Assembly: GCA_963555825.3 (NCBI GenBank)
Contig: CAUVXB020000001.1
Span: 928,001-992,000, forward strand
Direction of reading: 5' to 3'
Source: Alphaproteobacteria bacterium
GTDB taxonomy: Bacteria; Pseudomonadota; Alphaproteobacteria; JAAXGF01
DNA: 64,000 nt
Shown here: one piece after another, positions 1-8,913 of the stretch
How the letters are laid out: each line of letters starts with the position of its first letter
How positions within the stretch are numbered: position 1 is the first letter of the stretch
Made by a program: the position numbers and the translations under genes
The notes under the pieces: model-generated
Seen by the model: the letters and a program-made list of their open reading frames with translations, nothing else
What the model was told of the DNA's origin: nothing
Databases searched by the model: none

Positions 1-1234
1 CCTGCTGCGCGAGGCGGGACGCATCGACGAGGCGCTCGACGCGTTCCGCGCGGCGCTCGGCGCCGATCCCGGTTTCGCCGAGGCGCACAACAACCTGGGC
101 AACACGCTGCTCGATCGGGGCGACATCGACGGCGCGCGTGCCGCCTATCGCGGGGCGATCGAGGTTAGGCCCGACTTCGCAGAGGCCTACCGCAATCTCA
201 GCACGCTCGAGGGCTTCGCGCCCGACGGCGGCGACATTGAGGCGATGAGCCGGCTGATCGAGGATGCGGCGACGCCGCGTGGTGATCTCATCTATCTGCG
301 CTACGCGCGCGCCAGGGCGTTTCACGACCGGGCCGCCTTCGACGAAGCCTTCGCCGACTACCTGGCGGGCAGCGCGCTGAAACGGACCGAGATCGACTTC
401 AATCTGAACGCCCAGGCCGGCCTCTACCGGCGCATCGCCGCGACCTTCGACGACGCGTTCCTGGCGCGCTTCGCCGACGCGGGCGATCCCTCCGAGCTGC
501 CCGTGTTCATCGTCGGCATGCCGCGTTCGGGAACCTCGCTGGTCGAGCAGATCCTGGCCAGCCATCCGGCGGTTCACGGTGGCGGCGAACTCGACGACCT
601 CGGCGCCATCATCGATGGTTTGCCCGCAAGCCTCGCATCGTCGAAGCCCTATCCGGCCTGCATCGCCGACGCCGACGCCGAGATGCTGCGCGGGCTCGGC
701 GCGCGTTATGTCGCGGGGCTGCGCGCGCTTGCGCCGGCGGCGGCGCGCATCACCGACAAGATGCCGGCCAACACCCGCCACATCGGGCTGATCCGCTGCC
801 TGCTGCCGGGCGCGCGCATCGTCCACTGCCGACGCGATCCGCTCGACACCTGCCTGTCCTGCTTCACCACGCTGTTCACGATCGGTCAGGACTTCTCCTA
901 CGACCTCGCCGAGCTGGGCGGCTACTACCGGGCCTACGATGGGCTGATGGCGCATTGGCGAACGCTCGTGCCCGACATGCTCAACATCGACTACGAGGAC
1001 GTCGTCGCCGATCTCGAAGGGCAAGCGCGCCGGTTGGTCGACTTCTGCGGGCTCGAATGGGACGACGCGTGTCTCAATTTCGACAAGACCGAGCGGATCG
1101 TGCGCACGGCCAGTTCGGCGCAGGTCCGCCGCCCGATCTATGACGCTTCGGTCGCGCGCTGGAAACGCTACGAAGCCCACCTCGGCCCGTTGATCGAGGC
1201 GCTCGGGCCCGATCTCGTCAAAGCGCCCGGTTGA
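1..1234 (+). CDS. TPR-repeat sulfotransferase family protein (5' end outside window)
   Basis: Frame open from window start with TPR-like repeats (FAEAHNNLGNTL, FAEAYRNL); sulfotransferase motifs PVFIVGMPRSGTSLVEQILASHP, TDKMP, RRDPLDTCLS, TASSAQVRRPIY. Confidence 0.9.
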   Translation, partial: LLREAGRIDEALDAFRAALGADPGFAEAHNNLGNTLLDRGDIDGARAAYRGAIEVRPDFAEAYRNLSTLEGFAPDGGDIEAMSRLIEDAATPRGDLIYLRYARARAFHDRAAFDEAFADYLAGSALKRTEIDFNLNAQAGLYRRIAATFDDAFLARFADAGDPSELPVFIVGMPRSGTSLVEQILASHPAVHGGGELDDLGAIIDGLPASLASSKPYPACIADADAEMLRGLGARYVAGLRALAPAAARITDKMPANTRHIGLIRCLLPGARIVHCRRDPLDTCLSCFTTLFTIGQDFSYDLAELGGYYRAYDGLMAHWRTLVPDMLNIDYEDVVADLEGQARRLVDFCGLEWDDACLNFDKTERIVRTASSAQVRRPIYDASVARWKRYEAHLGPLIEALGPDLVKAPG

Positions 1235-1964
1235 GCCCGCCGTCGGCGACGATCACCTGGCCGGTGATGTAGCCCGCCTCGGCCGAGGCGAGGAACGCCG
1301 CCGTGGCGCCGATCTCGTCGACCGCGCCGGCGCGCGCCATCGGGATGCTGTGAATCAAGTCGTCCGACCAGCTGTGGTTGTCGAGATAGCCGGGCGCCAG
1401 GTCGTTCATGCGGATGCCGTCGCGCGCGTAGCGGTCGGCATAGAGCTTGGTGAAGCCCCGGGTGGCGATCCGGATGGTCGACGACATCGGGAAGAACTGG
1501 CTGGCGTCGCGCACCGAAAAAGCCGAGATGTTGACGATCGCACCGCCGCCCTGGGTCTGCATGATCGGCGTCACCAGCCGCGCCATGCGCACGACGTTGA
1601 GCAGGTAGACGTCGAGCGCCGTGTGCCAGTCGTCGTCGCCGATGTCGAGCAGATGGCCCTCGGCGTCGGCGTCGAAGGACCGCCCGGTCGGGCGGCTCGA
1701 GCCGGTCGCGTGGCCGGTGTTGTTGACCACCGCGTCGATCCGCCCATGCGTCTCCATGGCCGTCGCGACGAGCCGCTCGAGATCGGGGTTCTCGGTGACC
1801 GAGCCCTGGACGGCCGTGGCGCCGAGCGCCTCGGCGACGGTGGCCGCCGAGGCGCCGCGCGACATCAGCACCAGGGCGTGGCCGCGCGCCGCTAGTGCGC
1901 GCGCGCAGGCCGCGCCGATGCCGCCGCCCGCGGCGGTGACGATGGCGACAGGTTGTGTGCTCAT
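1218..1964 (-). CDS. SDR family NAD(P)-dependent oxidoreductase
   Basis: TAAGGGIG Rossmann motif, VVNNTG, YITGQVIVADGG C-terminus. Confidence 0.9.
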   Translation of the reverse strand: MSTQPVAIVTAAGGGIGAACARALAARGHALVLMSRGASAATVAEALGATAVQGSVTENPDLERLVATAMETHGRIDAVVNNTGHATGSSRPTGRSFDADAEGHLLDIGDDDWHTALDVYLLNVVRMARLVTPIMQTQGGGAIVNISAFSVRDASQFFPMSSTIRIATRGFTKLYADRYARDGIRMNDLAPGYLDNHSWSDDLIHSIPMARAGAVDEIGATAAFLASAEAGYITGQVIVADGGLNRAL

Positions 1965-2375
1965 GAGTACCTCCTCAGACGTAAGCCGACCGTGGCGGAG
2001 TACAGCAATTCGACAGGCGAGGCAAACGTCGGCTGCGCGACCTCGGCGATCGCGGCGAGGCAGGGGTGGCGGTCACGATAATTCGGCAGATTGATTTGCA
2101 TGTCTGCCCTCGGTCATGCCGGATCAATCTGGTGGGCCCCGGGCCGAATCAAGGTCGGGCACTCCGATAATACGCTGGAGACAACTGGGAATTGAACATG
2201 TAGACTTTCCACTCAAGGAACGGAGCAGATAACTCAGGAGGTAACCCATGGTTTGGGATGAGCTGCTGCAACTTGTCATCGCGGCGGGCGCACTCGGCAC
2301 CGCTGCATTCGGTATCGTCGAAGGGTCGAAATGGACCTCCGTCGGCGTATGGGGTTCGGTAAAATCGGAAAGACG

Positions 2376-3536
2376 CTAGTGTCCCGATTCCGAAGTTCGC
2401 ATGATTTTCGCCTGCTGTTCAGCGATTTCGATTGTTCGGAGGCAGAAGCGCTGGATGGCGCCGAGGATGTCATCGGCGGATTTGGTCCATTCGGCGGATT
2501 TGGTCCATCCACGAAGAAGGGATCGCTGGAAGGGTTTGGGGTTCTGGTTTGTCGTGTCGATGTAGTCGAGGATGGTGCGCTCCAACTCCTTGGTGGAGCG
2601 ATGGACGCCGCGCCTGATCTGCTTGTCGGTCAGCAGCCCGAACCAGCGCTCGACCTGGTTCAGCCAGGAGGCGCTGGTGGGTGTGAAATGGGCCTGCCAG
2701 CGCGGCCGTTTGGCGAACCAGTCGCGGATCGCCTTGGTCTTGTGGGTCCCGTAGTTGTCCATGACGATGTGGATGTCGAGATCAGCAGGGACGTTCGCCT
2801 CGACGAGGTCGAGGAATTTGCGGAACTCTCGGGCCCGATGGCGCGGGAAACATTTGCCGATGATCTCTCCCGTGGCGATGTCGAGGGCCGCGAAGAGAGA
2901 GGTCGTGCCGTGGCGCTTGTAGTCGTGGCTGCGCCGCTCCGCCTGCCCGGGGCGCATCGGCAAGAGGGGCTGGGAACGGTCCAGGGCCTGGATCTGGCTC
3001 TTTTCGTCGACACAGAGAACCAGGGCACGATCCGGCGGCGCCAAATACAGACCGACGATGTCGCGGACCTTCTCCACGAAGAAGGGATCGCTCGACAGCT
3101 TGAAGGTCTCCGAGCGATGCGGCTGCAAGCCGAAGGCCCGCCAGATGCGATGAATGGTCGAGGGCGCGTGGCCGCTCGCCCGCGCCATCGAGCGAAGGCT
3201 CCAATGGGTCGCGTCCGGCGGCGTCTCTTCCAGCGTCAGCCGGACCGCTTCCGCGATGGCGTCATCGCCGATTTGACGCGGCGCGCCGGGGCGGGGTTCG
3301 TCGTACAGACCGTCGAGGCCCTCCGCCGCATAGCGGCGACGCCACTTGCCCACGGTGTCCGCGCTCGCCTCGAGACGAACGGCGATCTCCTTGTTCTCCA
3401 ACCCTTCCGCCGCCGCCAAGACGATCCGAGCCCGCCGCGCAAGCCCCTGCGACGTCTTGCGACGACGAGACAGCGCCTCCAATTCGGCGCGCTCGTCATC
3501 GCTCAAAGAGATCGTCACCGCCACTCTCGCCATCAA
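2376..3536 (-). CDS. IS630 family transposase
   Basis: HTH region, [34 protein letters not shown]; 12-aa in-frame insertion near C-terminus. Confidence 0.95.
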   Translation of the reverse strand: MMARVAVTISLSDDERAELEALSRRRKTSQGLARRARIVLAAAEGLENKEIAVRLEASADTVGKWRRRYAAEGLDGLYDEPRPGAPRQIGDDAIAEAVRLTLEETPPDATHWSLRSMARASGHAPSTIHRIWRAFGLQPHRSETFKLSSDPFFVEKVRDIVGLYLAPPDRALVLCVDEKSQIQALDRSQPLLPMRPGQAERRSHDYKRHGTTSLFAALDIATGEIIGKCFPRHRAREFRKFLDLVEANVPADLDIHIVMDNYGTHKTKAIRDWFAKRPRWQAHFTPTSASWLNQVERWFGLLTDKQIRRGVHRSTKELERTILDYIDTTNQNPKPFQRSLLRGWTKSAEWTKSADDILGAIQRFCLRTIEIAEQQAKIMRTSESGH

Positions 3537-3593
3537 TCGCGCCTCCTAAAAACAAATAGAGACATAATCATATCAATTTATCGATCAGGACAC
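2379..3593 (-). mobile_element. IS630 family element inserted at CTAG (TA duplicated)
   Basis: CTAG at 2376-2379 and 3593-3596; imperfect terminal IRs GTGTCCCGAT / ATCAGGACAC. Confidence 0.92.
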
Positions 3594-4110
3594 TAGGCCC
3601 GCTCATGGACGCGCTCAAGGTCGCCTATGGTCCCGATTATTTGGACCTACTCAAAGGGCAGTATAGGAAGGGACGGCCGAAAGGTGGTCTGGGAAAGACG
3701 ATTCGCCAAGGCGTGAGAATCGGACTCACGCAAGAGAACGCGGCGGCGATGGCGAAGCATGTCGGCGTCGTGGCGGAAGCAGACCTGGAGGCGGCGGCGA
3801 AACAGCTTCAAGAACAGGGGAAACTCGAGGAAAATCTGCGCAACATTCTGGGTAGATTCGAACTGGCAGTGGACGCGAGAATCGACGCGGCGTTGGCGTT
3901 GGCGAAAAGCCAATATGTGGGCTATGTCCGGATGCTTGCCTCTGCGGTGGCTGTAGGATTGGCGTTGATCGCGGCGCTATTTCTTCAGCCTGATAAAGCT
4001 GGATTTATCACAGCGATCATCGTCGGCATTGCCGCGATACCGCTGGCACCTATCGCAAAGGATGTCGCGAAAGGCCTCCGGGTGGCCGGCGAAGCGATCC
4101 GAACGAAGAA

Positions 4111-4947
4111 ATGAGGTACGTGCTGGACTTCCGCGGAAATGCGGTCGGTGGTCCGGTCGTTCCGGGAAAGCTTGTCCAGGTTTCCGATCAGGTTACCGGA
4201 CCGGAGGCCGATGCCAACCTGCGGGCGGAACCGAAGGTCACATTCCTGCTGCATGGCTTCAACGTGAACCGCGAGGAGGGCCGAACAGGCCTTCTCAACC
4301 TCGCGGATCGTCTTCCGTTCGCCGGTAATGGTGCTGTCGTCGCGACGCTCTGGCCAGGCGACCACTGGGTGGGTTTTGCGAGTTTTCCGTTTGAGGGGAA
4401 CGATGCCGACGATACCGCCGTCGAGCTGGCCCAATTCATCACCGACGTCATCGATCCCGAAACACCGATTTCCTTCGTGACCCATAGCCTGGGCGCGAGA
4501 GTTGCGATGGAAACGGTCGAAATCCTGTTGGTCGAGGAGTTTCCAGTCGCTCAAGTCTGCTTGATGGCGGCGGCGATCGACGACTACAGCGTAAGCTCTG
4601 AACAGGATTACCGTGCGGCAGCCGAACATTCGGCGCGTGTAGCGGTGCTTTCGTCGCGGGAGGACGAGGTGCTCAAATACGCCTATCCGGCCCGCGATTT
4701 GCTTGAATCATTCGTCTTTTTCTGGCGCGACTCATTTGGCTTGGCGCTTGGCTACCATGGTCCCAAACCATCTGACGAAACGGATGGCGCGGTGCCTGAC
4801 AACGTCATGCACGAAGCCATTCCCAATGCCAAGAATTCGAATCATGGCGACTACATTCCCGATCCGCTGCCGAACGCAAACCAGCGATCGGCGGCCGGTT
4901 TCGCCAACGACGTGATCGCCGGCGACCCGATGCCCAGATACCGCTGA
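4111..4947 (+). CDS. Alpha/beta hydrolase (DUF900-like)
   Basis: LHGFNV, THSLG nucleophile elbow, LMAAA; ATGA overlap with upstream gene. Confidence 0.75.
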   Translation: MRYVLDFRGNAVGGPVVPGKLVQVSDQVTGPEADANLRAEPKVTFLLHGFNVNREEGRTGLLNLADRLPFAGNGAVVATLWPGDHWVGFASFPFEGNDADDTAVELAQFITDVIDPETPISFVTHSLGARVAMETVEILLVEEFPVAQVCLMAAAIDDYSVSSEQDYRAAAEHSARVAVLSSREDEVLKYAYPARDLLESFVFFWRDSFGLALGYHGPKPSDETDGAVPDNVMHEAIPNAKNSNHGDYIPDPLPNANQRSAAGFANDVIAGDPMPRYR

Positions 4948-5010
4948 AGGGGATGTCGCACCCAGACGGCGGGGCTCGACCGCGTAGCGTCAACGCCGCG
5001 ACCCTCGTTA

Positions 5011-5333
5011 GATGTCGAGCAGATGGCTCTCGGCGTCGGCGTCGAAGGACCGCCCGGCGGGCTGCTCGAGCCGGTCGCGTGGCCGGTATTGTTGACCACC
5101 GCGTCGATCCGCCCATGCGTCTCCATGGCCGTCGCGACGAGCCGCTCGAGATCGGGGTTCTCGGTGACCGAGCCCTGGACGGCCGTGGCGCCGAGCGCCT
5201 CGGCGACGGCGGCGGCCGAGGCGCCGCGCGACATCAGCACCAGGGCGTGGCCGCGCGCCGCTAGTGCGCGCGCGCAGGCCGCGCCGATGCCGCCGCCCGC
5301 GGCGGTCACGATGGCGACGGGTTGTGAACTCAT
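5011..5333 (-). pseudogene. Truncated duplicate of the 5' part of the SDR gene
   Basis: Near-identical to 1641-1964 with about ten differences including a 1-nt deletion; ends abruptly at 5011. Confidence 0.9.
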
Positions 5334-5342
5334 GAGCGCCTC

Positions 5343-6326
5343 CTAGAGGTCGAAGATCGCCCGCGCGTTGGTTTCGCGGACGGCGGCGCGCGTCGCGGCC
5401 GGCAGGGCGTCGACGCGCGCCAGGCAGCCGGCCATGTCGCCGATGTCGTGCGGGTAGTCCGAGCCGTAGAGCACCTTGTCGGCGCCGCCGACCTCGATGC
5501 ACAGCTCGAGCGAGCCCTGGTTGTAGGTCACCGCGTCGTACCAGATGCGCCGCAGATAGTCCGATGGCGGGATCGAGATCGCCTCGCGGCCGGGGATCGT
5601 CATCTGCCACGAGCGGTCGAGCCGGCCGGCCAGATAGGGCAGCGTCGCGCCGGCGTGCGAGGCGATAATCTTGAGCTTCGGGTAGCGGTCGAGGAAGCCC
5701 GAGAAGATCATCCTCGTGATCGCCAGCGTGGTGTCGAACATGAAGCCGACGGTCGAGGCCAGGCTGTACTTGGTCATGTCCATGTCGGGCGTGCCGGGCG
5801 GCTCGGACGGGTGCACCAGCACGGGCAACGCGCGGTCGTCGATGGCCTGCCAGATCGGTCCGAAGGCGTCCTCGGTCAAATGCCGGCCGGCGACGTTGGC
5901 CATCACCATGACGCCGACCGCGCCGGCGTCGCAGGCGCGCGCCAGCTCGTCGACCGCTTGCGCCGGATACTCCCACGGCAGCGAGGCGAGAAAGCGGATG
6001 CGCTCGGGATAGGCGGTCTGGGCGGCGGCCATCGAATCATTGACCACCCGCGCGGCCCGCAGGCTGACGTCGGCGCCGCCCCAATAGACGTTGGGGCAGG
6101 TCAGCGAGACGATCGCGAGATCGACGCCCGCCGCGTCCATGTCGGCGAGCCTGAGGTCGTAGTCGAAGTGGCCCGGCATCGGCGTCATGAACAGCGCGCC
6201 GTCGCGGTAGATGCCCTCGAGGCCCTCGGCGATCGGCCCGACGCCATAGCGCGGCGCGCCGTGATCGCGCAGCAGGCGCAGCCATTCCCGGTCCAGCATA
6301 TGCGTGTGAACGTCGATCACCGTCAT
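5343..6326 (-). CDS. Amidohydrolase_2 family protein (ACMSD/decarboxylase-like)
   Basis: IDVHTH, VLVHP, SHAGATLPY, LYGSDYPH motifs. Confidence 0.9.
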   Translation of the reverse strand: MTVIDVHTHMLDREWLRLLRDHGAPRYGVGPIAEGLEGIYRDGALFMTPMPGHFDYDLRLADMDAAGVDLAIVSLTCPNVYWGGADVSLRAARVVNDSMAAAQTAYPERIRFLASLPWEYPAQAVDELARACDAGAVGVMVMANVAGRHLTEDAFGPIWQAIDDRALPVLVHPSEPPGTPDMDMTKYSLASTVGFMFDTTLAITRMIFSGFLDRYPKLKIIASHAGATLPYLAGRLDRSWQMTIPGREAISIPPSDYLRRIWYDAVTYNQGSLELCIEVGGADKVLYGSDYPHDIGDMAGCLARVDALPAATRAAVRETNARAIFDL

Positions 6327-6440
6327 CTCTCAACTCCCCTTGGTTGCCACGGCCCGCTGCCACAATCCCCGAGAAAAGAGGCCCCGCGTCGAGCGGGACC
6401 CCAATAAACGAGCAAAATTATGCGAGACAATTCGGCGCGG

Positions 6441-6524
6441 TCAGGAGCCGGCCTTGATCTCGTCGAACAGACGGATGTGCTGTTCCTTGAGCTCGGGCGG
6501 CACGTAATCGTACGCGTGCGATCC
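6441..6524 (-). pseudogene. C-terminal stub of a probable ABC substrate-binding protein
   Basis: Minus frame reads GSHAYDYVPPELKEQHIRLFDEIKAGS-stop, resembling polyamine-type SBP C-termini; nothing upstream. Confidence 0.4.
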
Positions 6525-6677
6525 ATCGTTCGACACTCTGCCTCGCCACGGGTGTCCCCCAGGTACGGATAGCTTATCGGTATCAGTCTAGGAGAGGAGG
6601 ATGGCGGAGTCTAACGGTGCCGTGTCGATGACGGCCTTGGCCAAAAGCAGGCAGTGCGGGGTCTGCTTCAAGCGGGC

Positions 6678-6904
6678 CAAAGAAGAAGTCGAAGGCGCTC
6701 TCGGCATCCTTCCTGGTTTCGGCCATCCAGATGTCTTGCAGGCGCCCCTTGGCTTTCTTTTGCGGGGATCTGCTTCCCCAGGAGCGCCGCCAAGGCTTCC
6801 CCGCAAAAGGCTAGCGCGGCAGGATCGCCGACGTGAAGCGGATGGCGCCGTCCCCCCGGTCCCGCACACGGGGTTGGCGCACGCTCACCGGGCCGATCCC
6901 GGTC
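6678..6904 (-). mobile_element. Patchwork of collinear IS256 fragments
   Basis: Blocks identical to ~16210-16290, ~16720-16745 and ~16819-16911, in the same order and orientation. Confidence 0.8.
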
Positions 6905-7199
6905 GGAAGCGGACGCTGTGCGCCGACCTCGCCGACGTCTGCTGCTGACCCAGCCTGTGTGAAAACGCCGGCAAATCCCACTAACAGGAGAGTGTTCGGT
7001 CAATTCTTCGAAGGTGTCCTCTGATAAGATATTGATTTTGTTGAGTTTAGAAATTCGAGAATTCAGAGAAAATCGTGCCGATAGCGCTCGGGGGCGGTTT
7101 TTACACATGGCGTAACTCGGGGATCGGGCACTGCTCTCCTTAATGTAGCAACGACCGGCATGGGCCGGGCGAGCACACTGAAAGAGCAGGAGAGCAGCT

Positions 7200-8265
7200 A
7201 TGGAACTGTATGTTGGAATGGATGTATCGCTCAAGGAGACCTCGATACGCCGCCTTCATTTCAACGCCGTACACAAGATTCTGCGTGGTCGATGACAACG
7301 GCGAGATCGTGTCCGAGGGCGTGGTGATCTCGGAGCCGGCGGCAATCGCGGCGTATATCAGGACAACGGCGCCGCACGCAAAGCGCATCGGTCTGGAGAC
7401 CGGTCCGACGACGACCTGGCTGTGGCATGAGCTCAGGGCGCTCGGCTTGCCGGTGATCTGCATCGATGCGCGTCATGCCAAGGCGGCGCTGTCGATGCAG
7501 ATCAACAAGAGCGACCGGAACGATGCCGCCGGGATCGCGCGGATCATGCAGTGCGGTTGGTACAAGGAGGTCCAAGTCAAGAGCGTGGCGTGCCACGAGA
7601 TACGGGCCGTCCTGAACAGCCGGGCCCAGTTGGTCAAGATCAAGCGTGATCTCGAGAACCAGATCCGTGGCTTGCTCAAGAACCTCGGCCTCGTCATCGG
7701 CAAGGCGGGCGGCAATGTCTTCCGTCGCCGGGTCGAAGAGCTGCTTGGCGGGCAGGGTCTTTTGTCGGAGGCCGTTCGGCCCCTTCTGGAAGTCCGCGAG
7801 AAGGTCGGCCGAGAGATCGCCGCGCTCTATCGCAAGCTGCTGGGCCTGGCGCGGAACGACGAGGACAGCAGACGTTCCATGACGGTTCCAGGCATCGGGC
7901 CGATCACCGCCTTGGCCTTCCACTCGGCGATCGACGAGCCGAGCCGCTTCCGACGTTCCCGGAGTGTCGGCGCGTACATCGGGCTGACGCCGCGCCGCCA
8001 TGCTTCCGGCGAGGTCGATTGGACGGGGCGGATCTCCAAATGCGGCGATCGAATGCTCAGGACCTACCTCTTCGAGGCGGCCGGCGTGCTGCTCACCCGG
8101 GTGCCGCGATGGTGCGCGCTCAAGGCCTGGGGTCACAGGTTGTGGAAACGCATCGGCTTCAAGAAGGCCAAGATCGCCGTGGCACGGAAGCTGGCGGTCA
8201 TCCTCCATCGCATGTGGCGTGATGGAACGGACTTCATCTGGTCAACCAAGGAGGCGGCCGCATAG
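7200..8265 (+). pseudogene. IS110 DEDD recombinase/transposase, frameshifted by a 34-nt insert
   Basis: MELYVGMDVSLKETS then frame change to CVVDDNGE, GLETG, KSDRNDA, VPGIGPITA, GLTPRRHASG, ISKCGD. Confidence 0.88.
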
Positions 8266-8500
8266 GGAAACAACGTCCAAGCATTCCGCGAGAGCGGAAC
8301 CGATGTCCCTGTCGGGACGGCGGCGTCGGCGAGATCGATCCAGGCTTTGCGATGCCTCACCGAGGCAAGCGCGCTTCACACATTGATCCGCCAACGTCCT
8401 CCAACGCCATCATGCGGAGGGCCGAGCCCCTACCGCGGAGAGAACAGTGAACCCGGCAGGTACGTCACGGAGAGCTTGACAACCAACCCCCGAGTTAGAG
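8266..8500 (+). ncRNA. Putative bridge/seek RNA of the first IS110
   Basis: TCCAGGCT 8339-8346 and TTCACACA 8375-8382 match the target; ACGCCAT 8404-8410 and AGAGAACA 8439-8446 match the IS ends; boundaries approximate. Confidence 0.8.
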
Positions 8501-8624
8501 AACATTGATCCGCCAACGTCCTCCAACGCCATCATGCGGAGGGCCGAGCCCCTACCGCGGAGAGAACAGTGAACCCGGCAGGTACGTCACGGAGAGCTTG
8601 ACAACCAACCCCCGAGTTAGAGAA
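8381..8624 (+). repeat. Perfect 122-bp tandem duplication
   Basis: 8381-8502 equals 8503-8624. Confidence 0.95.
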
Positions 8625-8913
8625 CAGCCTGGACCCTATGCGGACATAAGACGTTCTGGGACCGCGTGCCTAATGTCGCCGCCATGACGGCGATTGATCC
8701 CGTAGCATCCCTGTCGCCCGACAGGACGGGCGTGTGCTGCGCGGGTCGAAGTGCGGACCACAGTCTTTCGTGACAGCTCGGGACCGAATACGCGGTCGGA
8801 TGCCCATTCCGCTGTCATTGTTGGCGGTTGTGAGAAGCCATCTGGGGAATTCCGGTTAAGACAGTGGCCTTCTCAACGACCGGCGTTCAAGATAGTACAA
8901 ACCCAATCGAATT

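Larger units (their letters stand above)
2248..4114 (+). pseudogene. Membrane protein gene split by IS630, with an additional 1-nt frameshift near 2350
   Basis: GGAGG RBS then ATG 2248 (MVWDELLQLVIAAGALGTAAFGIVEG); removing the IS joins GFGKIGKTL to GPLMDALKVAYG of ORF 3605-4114. Confidence 0.7.
7108..8626 (+). mobile_element. IS110 family, IS1111-type element with duplicated right end
   Basis: Subterminal IRs TAACTCGGGG / CCCCGAGTTA; CA core at both junctions; long 3' non-coding region; TTGACA next to right IR. Confidence 0.9.
6951..8631. mobile_element. ~160-bp MITE with IS1182-like ends, right IR interrupted by IS110
   Basis: Left IR CAGCCTGTGTGAAAAC; right IR reconstitutes as GTTTTTACACAGCCTG after removing the IS110; flanking direct repeat GACC at 6947-6950 and 8632-8635. 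Confidence 0.75.

Noticed and set aside
2331-3596. 421-aa plus-strand ORF
   Set aside because: Antisense shadow of the IS630 transposase
6545-6640. Possible IS left end with RBS and ATG at 6601
   Set aside because: No matching right end or transposase sequence recognisable; ORF 6601-6948 is a product of the patchwork
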